The notes under the pieces are model-generated. The model was not told the DNA's origin. It saw nothing but the letters and a program-made list of their open reading frames with translations, and did no database searches. The position numbers and the translations under genes were made by a program. Shown here piece after piece: positions 1 to 8,080 of a stretch of DNA of 8,705 nucleotides (its first letter is position 1; every line of letters starts with the position of its first letter). The DNA lies in the sequence record OY723372.1. One strand, 5' to 3'.

Positions 1-54
1 GCCATTATGGAGCATCCGGAGAGCATGATCTGAGGACCTGAAATCCATGGTTTT

Positions 55-120
55 GGGGTCTAAAATGATGATTTTAGAGGTCTCAAAACATGAGATCCGG
101 GGGTCTGGGGATGCCATGGG
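55..120. repeat. 22-bp tandem W units, 3 units (ggggtctaaaatgatgatttta / gaggtctcaaaacatgagatcc / gggggtctggggatgccatggg)
   Basis: Three consecutive 22-nt units each start with G-rich+GTCT. Copy B has one extra unit. Confidence 0.75.
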
Positions 121-142
121 TATGGGATCCAGGGATGCAGGG
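99..142 (+). other. Cluster of 7 G-tracts matching the G-quadruplex motif (G3+ N1-7)n
   Basis: The string is GGGGG tct GGGG atgccat GGG tat GGG atcca GGG atgca GGG. All loops are 7 nt or shorter. Confidence 0.7.
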
Positions 143-380
143 ATCCGGAGACCATGAGGGCATGCAGACCATATGCACTACATACCATGGTGTGTGTAGT
201 AGGGATACAGACCACTATGGATACCATCACCATTAGATACATACTATGAGACCATATGCTGTGGGTATCGGATTAGGGGTCTGGGGATGTGCAGATCTGG
301 AGACCATGAGCGGATCCGGAGACCATCAGATCATGAGATATGGGGTCCGGGGATGCTCGCGATGTATCTGAGGACCTGTG

Positions 381-440
381 CAGATAGGTATGCAGATAGG
401 TATGCAGATAGGTATGCAGATAGGTATGCAGATAGGTATA
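381..440. repeat. 12-bp minisatellite (CAGATAGGTATG)n, 4 perfect + 1 imperfect copies
   Basis: Direct reading gives units at 381-392, 393-404, 405-416, 417-428 and 429-440 (last base A). The tract produces the HTYLHTYL... run in ORF 273..602(-). Confidence 0.95.
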
Positions 441-842
441 GGCATTAGGTACTAAGGACTCGCAGAGAGGTACTGAGGACATGCACAGAGGACATGGCAC
501 AGAGGATACGGGCATACAGACCATGCAGATAGGTACTAAGGACTCGCAGACCATAGGTATTAGGTATCTGAGGACACGGATGCCATGATCTGAGGACCCC
601 AAGACCTCCAGAAATGGGGTATCTGAGGTATCCCGAGACCTCCCAAAATGGGTGTTTTGGACCCTAAATCACTCGTTTTGGGACCCTTTCTGGGTGCTCC
701 CAGACCCCTCCCCAATACCATCCCTAAGGTGCTCCTAAGGGATTCGGGCCCGTACCCCTCAGATAGGGTATCCCAGAGGGTGTCGGATTGGGGGTCTGGA
801 GGTGCTCGGAACCCCTAAATTGTGTGCCCTTAGTGTATAGTA

Positions 843-861
843 ACACACGCGCGCGCGCGCG
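843..861. repeat. Alternating purine-pyrimidine tract (AC)3(GC)6G containing (CG)7
   Basis: The 19-nt string acacacgcgcgcgcgcgcg is strictly alternating, and the (CG)7 part lies at 848-861. Confidence 0.9.
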
Positions 862-1534
862 AAGGGCGGATCCGAGTCAGGCAGAAAACGAATGCATCAT
901 TTTAGACCCTTTGGGGCATTTCGGGGGTCTTAATGTGCACATTCGCGACACCAAAAGGCCCAAAAGTGCCCAAAATGGGTCATTTTATGCCCTTTTCGGA
1001 TGCACACAATGGGAATGCCATCGCCGGAGACCATATTCCTTACAGTGACCTTAGGAATATGAGTACGCGAAATCGGGGCAATTATGCCATTTACGGGTAC
1101 CCCTAAAATGAGCACTTTTGGACCCCTTTTGGCACCCCTTGGATCCCTTAGTGTACTGGTGGCATGTGCATATCCCCTGATGCCTCTTTATCGAGGGAAT
1201 GGGGATACCTGCATACCATACAGTATCTGTGTTACTAGTGGGTATCGGCACACCTCCCAAAACATGTCATTTCGTGACATGATCTAGTCGAGATGAGCGA
1301 ATCCACTACTATTGCATATCATGGTGTAATGAGCTATACAGAGTACTATAGGTATTGGGGGTATCCCTAATGGCAGCATATGCCCCATTAGAGGTATGCA
1401 CCATATCCCCTAGTATCCCTTACAGCACATACCATGTACAGGTACTCATTAGTAGTATAGAATGTGTATGTCATGACACCAAAACACATGTTTCGAGACA
1501 TCTGAACACATGGTTTGCACGTATGATCATATAC

Positions 1535-1703
1535 AGTATCTAGTGATACACAGGATACTAGTAGTATGCACGGAGGATATGAGGGGTACGGGATACCCCT
1601 ATATCATAGCCTAACAGCATACACTACGAGTACCATGTATACCATGGATACCACATGTATACTACTACGAGTAGGTACTCATGAGTAGTATCATCATGTA
1701 AAT
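1535..1703. repeat. Monomer body type N, copy 1 (169 bp)
   Basis: It runs from agtatctagtgatacacaggatactagtagtatgcacggag to catcatgtaaat and ends directly at a 21-mer junction box. Confidence 0.9.
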
Positions 1704-1724
1704 GCATGCATTTGATGACATGAA

Positions 1725-1909
1725 GTACTCATTATGAGTAGGTATACACATCTAATACCACTAGTACAACAGCATACACACCATTAGTACCATGTATCCT
1801 ATGGTATACAGTACATGGGGAGTATAGGTACCATTACACCATGCAGAGGTGTATGGAGTACTATATGGTATATAGGGAGTATCCAGTAATCACCAGATAT
1901 CATGATATT
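1725..1909. repeat. Monomer body type M, copy 1
   Basis: It runs from gtactcattatgagtaggtatacacatctaataccactagtacaacagcatacacacc to gggagtatccagtaatcaccagatatcatgatatt, between junction boxes at 1704 and 1910. Confidence 0.9.
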
Positions 1910-1973
1910 GCATGCATTTGATGACATGAAACACATGATTCGATGTGCTCATTAGTAGTATGTATACACATAT

Positions 1974-2142
1974 AGTATCTAGTGATACACAGGATACTAG
2001 TAGTATGCACGGAGGGTATGAGGGGTGCAGGATACCCCTATACCATAGCCTAACAGCATACACTACGAGTACCATGTATACCATGGATACCACATGTATA
2101 CTACTACGAGTAGGTACTCATGAGTAGTATCATCATGTAAAT
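1974..2142. repeat. Monomer body type N, copy 2 (169 bp)
   Basis: It has the same length and start/end strings as 1535-1703, with a handful of substitutions (for example ggagggtatgaggggtgcagg against ggaggatatgaggggtacggg). Confidence 0.9.
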
Positions 2143-2397
2143 GCATGCATTTGATGACATGAAAACACATGATTTGATGTACTCAGATTACATGATTATG
2201 GTGATATCCAGTACATCACCAGATCCCTTAGAGACCATGGGGATCACTACATATGCTATAAGGAGTACACATGCTCTGCATGGTACCTATATCATAGGGT
2301 AGGGGTATCCCTCATGATACCTATGGAGACCATATCCTCTAGATACATGGTATGTGCTCAGAGGATGGTGCCATGGTATGAGGTCCCCAAAAGGGTC
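2143..2397. repeat. Monomer type Q, subtype a, copy 1
   Basis: Box, then aacacatgatttgatgtactcagattacatgattatggtgatatccag...ggtatgaggtccccaaaagggtc. Subtype-a markers are cttagagaccatgg, ggggtatccctcatgatacc and gagaccatatcc. It is followed by R. Confidence 0.9.
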
Positions 2398-2767
2398 TAA
2401 ATACATGATTTAGGGGTCTAAAATGACCACTTTTGGCGCCTTTCTGGAGGTACCAAAACGGGTGATTCAATCCCCCAAAAGGGGTCCGCAAATCAAGCCC
2501 AGAAATGGTCATAAAAAGGGCTCGTGGGGGTACCCCCATGAGCACTTTTAGGACCCTAAAATGGGTGTTTTGGACCCCTAAAATGGTGTATTTAGACCCT
2601 TTCGGAGGGGTACAGGCAACGAGTACTACTAGATACATACCAGCAGCCCATGTATCCTATGGTATATAGGACATGGGGGCTACGGGTACCATTACACCAT
2701 TACGGGAGTATATGGAGTACTATGGGTATCTAGAGGAGTCCCTGTAACACCAGATATCATGGTATTG
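2398..2767. repeat. Block R copy 1: ~210 bp of degenerate 20-25 bp W units, then an M-like half monomer
   Basis: It opens taaatacatgatttaggggtctaaaatgaccacttttgg and continues to ...ggaccctaaaatgggtgttttggacccctaaaatggtgtatttagaccc. Then comes catgtatcctatggtatataggacatggggg...ccagatatcatggtattg. Confidence 0.9.
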
Positions 2768-2834
2768 GCATGCATTTGATGACATGAAAACACATGATTT
2801 GATGACATGAAATGAGTAGGTATACACATCTAAT

Positions 2835-2962
2835 GACAGGATATGGCATACGGGATACCTGAGGAGATCACCTCCACAGGGAATACCCTCTCTGCACATC
2901 CAGGCTACCGAGAGGCCTACGGGGAGTATCCCCATACCTCTAAGGAGCCATTATGGCCATTA
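2835..2962. repeat. Module X, subtype 1, copy 1 (128 bp)
   Basis: It runs from gacaggatatggcatacgggatacctgaggagatcacctccacagggaataccctctctgcacatccaggctaccgagaggcctacgggg to ctctaaggagccattatggccatta. Confidence 0.9.
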
Positions 2963-3051
2963 GGGAGTATCCAGCACATCATTAGATACACGGAATATCA
3001 TGTAATTGCATAGATTTGATGACATGAAATCATGTGTTTTGATGACATGAA

Positions 3052-3235
3052 GTACTCATTATGAGTAGGTATACACATCTAATACCACTAGTACAACACC
3101 ATACACACCATTAGTACCATGTATCCTATGGTATACAGTACATGGGAGTACGGGTACCATTACACCATGCAGAGGTGTATGGAGTACTATATGGTATATA
3201 GGGAGTATCCAGTAATCACCAGATATCATGTAATG
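3052..3235. repeat. Monomer body type M, copy 2
   Basis: The same string lies between the variant box at 3008 and the box at 3236. Confidence 0.9.
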
Positions 3236-3427
3236 GCATGCATTTGATGACATGAAACACATGATTTGATGATATGAAGTACTCGATATGTACTCATTAT
3301 GGGTACCACTAACACTAGTACTACAGCATATCCGTACAAGGGGAACCATAAGGATCCGCCCTTGCAGGTATTTGGGTACTATATGATGTATAGAGGGTAT
3401 CCAGTAGACACCAGATATCATGATATT
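3236..3427. repeat. Monomer type P, copy 1 (192 bp, junction box included)
   Basis: Box, then acacatgatttgatgatatgaagtactcgatatgtactcattatgggtaccactaacactagtac...ggaaccataaggatccgcccttgcagg...ccagatatcatgatatt. Confidence 0.9.
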
Positions 3428-3682
3428 GCATGCATTTGATGACATGAAAACACATGATTTGATGTACTCAGATTACATGATTATGGTGATATCCAGGACA
3501 TCACCAGATCCCTTAGACACCATGGGGATCACTACATATGCTATAAGGAGTACACATGCTCTGCATGGTACCTATATCATAGGGTAGGGGATATGCCCAC
3601 GATACCTATGGAGACCACATCCTCTAGATACATGGTATGTGCACAGAGGATGGTGCCATGGTATGAGGACCCCAAATGGGTC
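3428..3682. repeat. Monomer type Q, subtype b, copy 1
   Basis: It has the same frame as 2143-2397 but carries the subtype-b markers cttagacaccatgg, ggggatatgcccacgatacc and gagaccacatcc. It is followed by W units and then an X-like module. Confidence 0.9.
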
Positions 3683-3722
3683 GAAATACATGTTTTAGGG
3701 GTCCCAAAACATGTGTTGCGAG

Positions 3723-3870
3723 TAGGTATCGGCACGGGATTAGCACATCTAGGGCATTATGGAACCTGAGGAGATCACCTCCACAGGGAATGTCCCTCCG
3801 TGCATCCTGGGCTACCGAGAGGCCTACATGCAGTACCCCATATCCTCTAAGAGACCATTATGGAGGGTAT
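3723..3870. repeat. Module X, subtype 2-like, diverged copy with an internal ~23-nt insertion
   Basis: The string reads aggtatcggcacgggat[tagcacatctagggcattatgga]acctgaggagatcacctccacagggaatgtccctccgtgcatcctgggctaccgagaggcctacatgc...ctctaagagaccattatgg. Confidence 0.7.
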
Positions 3871-4292
3871 TGGACAGGGCCCGAAACCCCCAAAATGAGT
3901 GATTTGGGGTGCTCAAAACCATCGATTTTGGTGGTTTTGGCATGCAAAAAGGGTCGAAAACACCTCTTTTAGCCCCTTTTGCACATGGGAACACCACCCC
4001 ATATACTAAGGGGGATCCTTCGAGGGATACAGAACCCCCGAAACCCCTTAAAGATGGTGTGTGAGTACTCATGCATGTACCCTTTTAGCACCCTTTCTGA
4101 CCCCCTTTCAGACCCCCTAAATGGTGCCATTCCTCGAAGGATGGCCCTTAAGGGGTGCCGGGAAGGGTACCTAAAGAGGTCCCAAAAGTGACCATTTTAG
4201 GGGGTCCCAAAACGTGTTGCAAAGGGGTACCCCTTTGGTCACCAAAAGTGATGATTTTGGGGACACCAAATGGGTCGGAATGGGTACCTAAT
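3871..4292. repeat. Block T: W-type degenerate short-unit DNA present only in unit 1
   Basis: It is dense in CCAAAA/AAAATG/TTTTGG/GGGTC(C) units (for example cccaaaagtgaccattttagggggtcccaaaacgtg). I found no counterpart between Q and X in unit 2. Confidence 0.7.
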
Positions 4293-4420
4293 GACAGGAT
4301 ATGGCATACGGGATACCTGAGGAGATCACCTCCACAGGGAATGTCCCTCCGTGCATCCTGGGCTACCGAGAGGCCTACGGGGAGTATCCCCATATCCTCT
4401 GAGAGCCATTATGACCATTA
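4293..4420. repeat. Module X, subtype 2, spanning the unit 1 / unit 2 boundary
   Basis: It has the same frame with the variant core gggaatgtccctccgtgcatcctgggctaccgagaggcctacgggg. Its tail gagagccattatgaccatta runs into L copy B. Confidence 0.85.
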
Positions 4421-4466
4421 CGAGCATCCCGGAGAGCATATCTGAGGACCTGAAATCCATGGTTTT

Positions 4467-4554
4467 GGGGTCTAAAATGATGATTTTAGAGGTCTCAAAA
4501 TGATGGATTTGGGGTCTCAAATCATGAGATCCGGGGGTCTGGGGATGCCATGGG
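4467..4554. repeat. 22-bp tandem W units, 4 units
   Basis: Units lie at 4467-4488, 4489-4510, 4511-4532 and 4533-4554. A 22-nt insertion (tgatggatttggggtctcaaat) relative to copy A adds exactly one unit. Confidence 0.75.
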
Positions 4555-4576
4555 TATGGGATCCAGGGATGCAGGG
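4533..4576 (+). other. Paralogous G-tract cluster (G-quadruplex motif) in copy B
   Basis: The same string occurs at offset 4434, with G-tracts at 4533-4537, 4541-4544, 4552-4554, 4558-4560, 4566-4568 and 4574-4576. Confidence 0.7.
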
Positions 4577-4815
4577 ATCCGGAGACCATGAGGGCATACA
4601 GACCATATGCACTACATACCATGGTGTGTGTAGTAGGGATACAGACCACTATGGATACCATCACCATTAGATACATACTCTGAGACCATATGCTGTGGGT
4701 ATCGGATTGGGGGTCTGGGGATGTGCAGATCTGGAGACCATGAGCGGATCCGGAGACCATCAGATCATGAGATCCGGGGGTCTGGAGATGCTCGCGATGT
4801 ATCTGAGGACCTGTG

Positions 4816-4839
4816 CAGATAGGTATGCAGATAGGTATA
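4816..4839. repeat. Same 12-bp minisatellite, only 2 copies
   Basis: cagataggtatg lies at 4816-4827 and cagataggtata at 4828-4839, at the position paralogous to 381-440. Confidence 0.95.
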
Positions 4840-5218
4840 GGCATTAGGTACGCAGAGAGGTACTGAGGACATGCACAGAGGATACGGGCATACAGACCAT
4901 GCAGATAGGTACTAAGGACTCGCAGACCATAGGTATTAGGTATCTGAGGACACGGATGCCATGATCTGAGGACCCCAAGACCTCCAGAAATGGGGTATCT
5001 GAGGTATCCCGAGACCTCCCAAAATGGGTGTTTTGGACCCTAAATCACTCGTTTTGGGACCCTTTCTGGGTGCTCCCAGACCCCTCCCCAATACCATCCC
5101 TAAGGTGCTCCTAAGGGATTCGGGCCCGTACCCCTCAGATAGGGTATCCCAGAGGGTGTCGGATTGGGGGTCTGGAGGTGCTCGGAACCCCTAAATTGTG
5201 TGCCCTTAGTGTATAGTA

Positions 5219-5237
5219 ACACACGCGCGCGCGCGCG
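5219..5237. repeat. Paralogous alternating purine-pyrimidine / (CG)7 tract in copy B
   Basis: An identical string occurs at offset 4376, with (CG)7 at 5224-5237. Confidence 0.9.
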
Positions 5238-5910
5238 AAGGGCGGATCCGAGTCAGGCAGAAAACGAATGCATCATTTTAGACCCTTTGGGGCATTTCGG
5301 GGGTCTTAATGTGCACATTCGCGACACCAAAAGGCCCAAAAGTGCCCAAAATGGGTCATTTTATGCCCTTTTCGGATGCACACAATGGGAATGCCATCGC
5401 CGGAGACCATATTCCTTACAGTGACCTTAGGAATATGAGTACGCGATATTGGGGCAATTATGCCATTAACGGGTACCCCTAAAATGAGCACTTTTGGACC
5501 CCTTTTGGCACCCCTTGGATCCCTTAGTGTACTGGTGGCATGTGCATATCCCCTGATGCCTCTTTATCGAGGGAATGGGGATACCTGCATACCATACAGT
5601 ATCTGTGTTACTAGTGGGTATCGGCACACCTCCCAAAACATGTCATTTCGTGACATGATCTAGTCGAGATGAGCGAATCCACTACTATTGCATATCATGG
5701 TGTAATGAGCTATACAGAGTACTATAGGTATTGGGGGTATCCCTAATGGCAGCATATGCCCCATTAGAGGTATGCACCATATCCCCTAGTATCCCTTACA
5801 GCACATACCATGTACAGGTACTCATTAGTAGTATAGAATGTGTATGTCATGACACCAAAACACATGTTTCGAGACATCTAAACACATGGTTTGCACGTAT
5901 GATCATATAC

Positions 5911-6079
5911 AGTATCTAGTGATACACAGGATACTAGTAGTATGCACGGAGGATATGAGGGGTACGGGATACCCCTATATCATAGCCTAACAGCATACAC
6001 TACGAGTACCATGTATACCATGGATACCACATGTATACTACTACGGGTAGGTACTCATGAGCAGTATCATCATGTAAAT
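5911..6079. repeat. Monomer body type N, copy 3 (169 bp)
   Basis: It is the positional counterpart of 1535-1703 in unit 2, with two substitutions seen. Confidence 0.9.
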
Positions 6080-6133
6080 GCATGCATTTGATGACATGAA
6101 ATGAGTAGGTATACACATCTAATGACAGGATAT

Positions 6134-6261
6134 GGCATACGGGATACCTGAGGAGACCACCTCCACAGGGAATACCCTCTCTGCACATCCAGGCTACCGA
6201 GAGGCCTACGGGGAGTATCCCCATACCTCTAAGGAGCCATTATGGCCATTAGGGAGTATCC
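6134..6261. repeat. Module X, subtype 1, copy 2 (128 bp)
   Basis: It is nearly identical to 2835-2962 (gaggagaccacc against gaggagatcacc) and has the same flanking junction strings. Confidence 0.9.
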
Positions 6262-6330
6262 AGTAGTCACCAGATATCATGATATTGCATGCATTTGATG
6301 ACATGAAAACACATGATTTGATGACATGAA

Positions 6331-6471
6331 GTACTCATTATGAGTAGGTATACACATCTAATACCACTAGTACAACAGCATACACACCATTAGTACCATG
6401 TATCCTATGGTATACAGTACATGGGGAGTACGGGTACCATACCACCATTGCAGAGGTGTATGGAGTACTAT
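6331..6471. repeat. Monomer body type M, copy 3 (3'-truncated or diverged)
   Basis: It matches M through ...cagaggtgtatggagtactat and then departs into gagtatctagagagtactagtag. Confidence 0.8.
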
Positions 6472-6583
6472 GAGTATCTAGAGAGTACTAGTAGTATCAT
6501 GTATTGATACATCTAATGACATGAAACACATGGTTTGATGTATCTAATGATGTACTTAATGGATAGGTATACACATCGTATTA
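6472..6583. repeat. Decayed junction or monomer remnant
   Basis: gtagtatcatgtattgatacatctaatgacatgaaacacatggtttgatg...ggataggtatacacatcgta parallels gtagtatcatcatgtaaatgcatgcatttgatgacatgaa...gagtaggtatacacatcta, with many changes. Confidence 0.6.
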
Positions 6584-7223
6584 GTGCATAGTATCTCTAC
6601 ATGGTCTATACACTGCCATACAGGGAGTGAGGGACCAAGGGAGAGACTATGCACTAGTAGACGATAACGTGACCTTTAACATTACCCTAGTAGTGCACAT
6701 ACTCTATAAGCAGTAGTACCAGCACATCGAGTACTCTATTATACAGAAGAGACTTAGTACTAGCTAGTACTGCTAAGCAGCGCATGCACCAATGCTGTAT
6801 TAGCAGATAGGATAGCAGTCCTAGATACTCTCATGCTATTAGTACATGCACCGTACTACACACCATAGTGTAGTACAGCATAGTAGCCACGAAGAGTAGT
6901 AGCTCTTGCATGAAGAGCATGCTCTAGTACTCTATGCTATGTACCTATCATCCTATACACTACATGTATACACCTACTCATCATACCATGCAATGTATAC
7001 AATGGTGGTATGGAATACATGATACAATGGTGGTATGGAATGATGTAGTAGTATGAGTAGTACTATGAACAGATACACTACTATCTGCATGCACAGAATA
7101 GGTCATCCTCAGGGATAGCACCTTAACCCTGTACCATACCATACAGTGGTACTATGGTGGTATGGCATGCATGTACTAGTAGTATGTAGTAGTATGTACT
7201 CATCATACCATCAGATCATGAGA
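6584..7223. other. Block U: ~640 bp with no other copy in this window (unit-2-specific insert), non-coding
   Basis: It has no ORF-track entry of 60 aa or more within 6225-7145. It is rich in TAG/AGTAC/CTAG and poor in GGG/CCC compared with L and W. I found no match by eye to any other module. Confidence 0.7.
6997..7041. repeat. 25-bp-period tandem duplication inside U
   Basis: atacaatggtggtatggaat occurs at 6997-7016 and again at 7022-7041. A related ggtactatggtggtatggcat lies near 7148-7168. Confidence 0.9.
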
Positions 7224-7240
7224 TCATGGCATCAAATCAT

Positions 7241-7481
7241 GACATCAAAACACATGATTTCATGTACTCAATTACATGATTATGGTGGTATCCAGGACAT
7301 CACCAGATCCCTTAGAGACCATGGGGATCACTACATATGCTATAAGGAGTACACATGCTCTGCATGGTACCTATATCATAGGGTAGGGGTATCCCTCATG
7401 ATACCTATGGAGACCATATCCTCTAGATACATGGTATGTGCACAGAGGATGGTGACATGGTATGAGGTCCCCAAAAGGGTC
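7241..7481. repeat. Monomer type Q, subtype a, copy 2 (junction box decayed)
   Basis: The head gacatcaaaacacatgatttcatgtactcaattacatg replaces gacatgaaaacacatgatttgatgtactcagattacatg. It carries the subtype-a markers and is followed by R at offset 5084 from 2143-2767. Confidence 0.85.
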
Positions 7482-7851
7482 CAAATACATGATTTGGGGT
7501 GTCTAAAATGACCACTTTTGGCACCTTTCTGGAGGACCCAAAACGGGTGATTCAATCCCCCAAAAGGGGTCCGCAAATCAAGCCCAGAAATGGTCATAAA
7601 AAGGGCTCGTGGGGGTACCCCCATGAGCACTTTTAGGACCCTAAAATGGGTGTTTTGGACCCCTAAATGGTGTATTTAGACCCTTTCGGAGGGGTACAGG
7701 CAACGAGTACTACTAGATACATACCAGCAGACCATGTATCCTATGGTATATAGGACATGGGGGCTACGGGTACCATTACACCATTACGGGAGTATATGGA
7801 GTACTATGGGTATCTAGAGGAGTCCCTGTAACACCAGATATCATGGTATTG
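7482..7851. repeat. Block R copy 2
   Basis: It has the same 370-bp length as 2398-2767, with about 8-10 differences seen by eye, including two compensating 1-nt indels. Confidence 0.9.
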
Positions 7852-7894
7852 GCATGCATTTGATGACATGAAAACACATGATTTGATGACATGA

Positions 7895-8080
7895 AGTACT
7901 CATTATGAGTAGGTATACACATCTAATACCACTAGTACAACAGCATACACACCATTAGTACCATGTATCCTATGGTATACAGTACATGGGGAGTACGGGT
8001 ACCATTACACCATGCAGAGGTGTATGGAGTACTATATGGTATATAGGGAGTATCCAGTAATCACCAGATATCATGTAATG
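7895..8080. repeat. Monomer body type M, copy 4
   Basis: The same string lies between boxes at 7852 and 8081. It is the positional counterpart of 3052-3235. Confidence 0.9.

Larger units (their letters stand above)
1..1756. repeat. Long near-identical block L+N+junction, copy A
   Basis: The offset to copy B is a constant 4376 from ~600 to 1724. ORF-track entries at 788/5164 and 1355/5731 are identical, and 1084/5460 differ by 1 aa. I see about six substitutions by eye in 600-1703. Over the first 600 bp the offset drifts from 4404 to 4376 through indels in short tandem tracts. Confidence 0.95.
1..4404. repeat. Higher-order tandem repeat unit, copy 1 (module order L-N-M-N-Q-R-X-M-P-Q-X-T-X); 5' end may be truncated by the window
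   Basis: It starts with gccattatgg...ctgaggacctgaaatccatgg, the same string that restarts at 4405. All major modules recur in the same order and orientation in 4405-8695. Confidence 0.8.
4405..6133. repeat. Long near-identical block L+N+junction, copy B
   Basis: See copy A. The copies diverge after the shared atgagtaggtatacacatctaat: A continues accactag (M body) and B continues gacaggat (X body). Confidence 0.95.

Noticed and set aside
788-1048. An 86-aa ORF (MGVWRCSEPLNCVPL...) present identically at 788..1048 and 5164..5424, which could be taken for a conserved small protein.
   Set aside because: The DNA of the two copies is identical across this interval, as are the non-ORF flanks, so identity carries no evidence of selection. 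The ORF runs through the (CG)7 tract (RARARR) and W units. I recognise no domain-like sequence, and an overlapping antisense ORF (930..1115) is equally preserved.
2720-2935. A recurrent peptide, MGILPVGLSVAWMCREGIPCGGDLLRYPVCHILSL, on the - strand (also at 4148..4393 and 6000..6224), with RRSPPQGMSLRASWATERPT on the + strand.
   Set aside because: Both strands give open frames simply because X is repeated. The X copy at 8587 has a 1-nt length difference inside this segment and the copy at 3723 has a ~23-nt insertion. The ORFs start and stop at different points in each copy.
2835-2962. X module as a small RNA gene (tRNA-derived SINE, 5S-like because of gcctacgg...cat, or another ncRNA).
   Set aside because: I see no tRNA cloverleaf or A/B-box-like strings (TRGCNNAGTGG, GGTTCGANNCC) and no match to the 5S consensus beyond a few bases. 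Only 4-bp stems appear around gaggagatcacctcc. The copies vary by indels with no sign of compensatory change.
1704-3448. A CRISPR-like reading: an exact 21-mer recurring at regular intervals.
   Set aside because: The spacing is 192-240 bp, far beyond CRISPR spacer lengths. The intervening sequences are themselves repeated families. The 21-mer is short and not a typical repeat, and there are no cas-like ORFs.
51-4202. Telomere-like words: TTTTGGGG (51-58); CCCTAAA (662-668, 813-819, 1101-1107, 2554-2560, 2576-2582); TTTAGGG (2409-2415); TTTTAGGG (3693-3700, 4195-4202).
   Set aside because: They are isolated single words embedded in the ~22-bp W units, occur in both orientations, and are never tandemly iterated. 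This is not a telomere tract. A distant derivation of the W units from telomere-like repeats is conceivable but cannot be supported from here.
4326-4844. The longest ORF in the window (172 aa, - strand).
   Set aside because: The peptide is repeat-derived and low in complexity (the 12-mer repeat gives PIPICIPIC). It spans an X tail, W units and the G-tract cluster. The paralogous copy A is interrupted by a stop codon and by indels.
1-6133. Two ~1.7 kb near-identical direct repeats flanking ~2.6 kb, read as an LTR retrotransposon or an IS-flanked composite transposon.
   Set aside because: No gag/pol, transposase or other long ORF is present anywhere. No terminal inverted repeats or TG...CA ends are evident. 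The supposed internal modules (Q-R, M-P-Q, X) recur again after the second copy, and a third unit starts at 8696, so the structure is a tandem array. I cannot exclude a very decayed ancestral element.
1-6133. A signature of repeat-induced point mutation (RIP) between the long duplicates.
   Set aside because: The two L copies are almost identical. The few differences are a mix of transitions and transversions (for example a/t at 1066/5442 and t/a at 1094/5470), not the dense C-to-T / G-to-A pattern expected. There are too few sites for a formal test.
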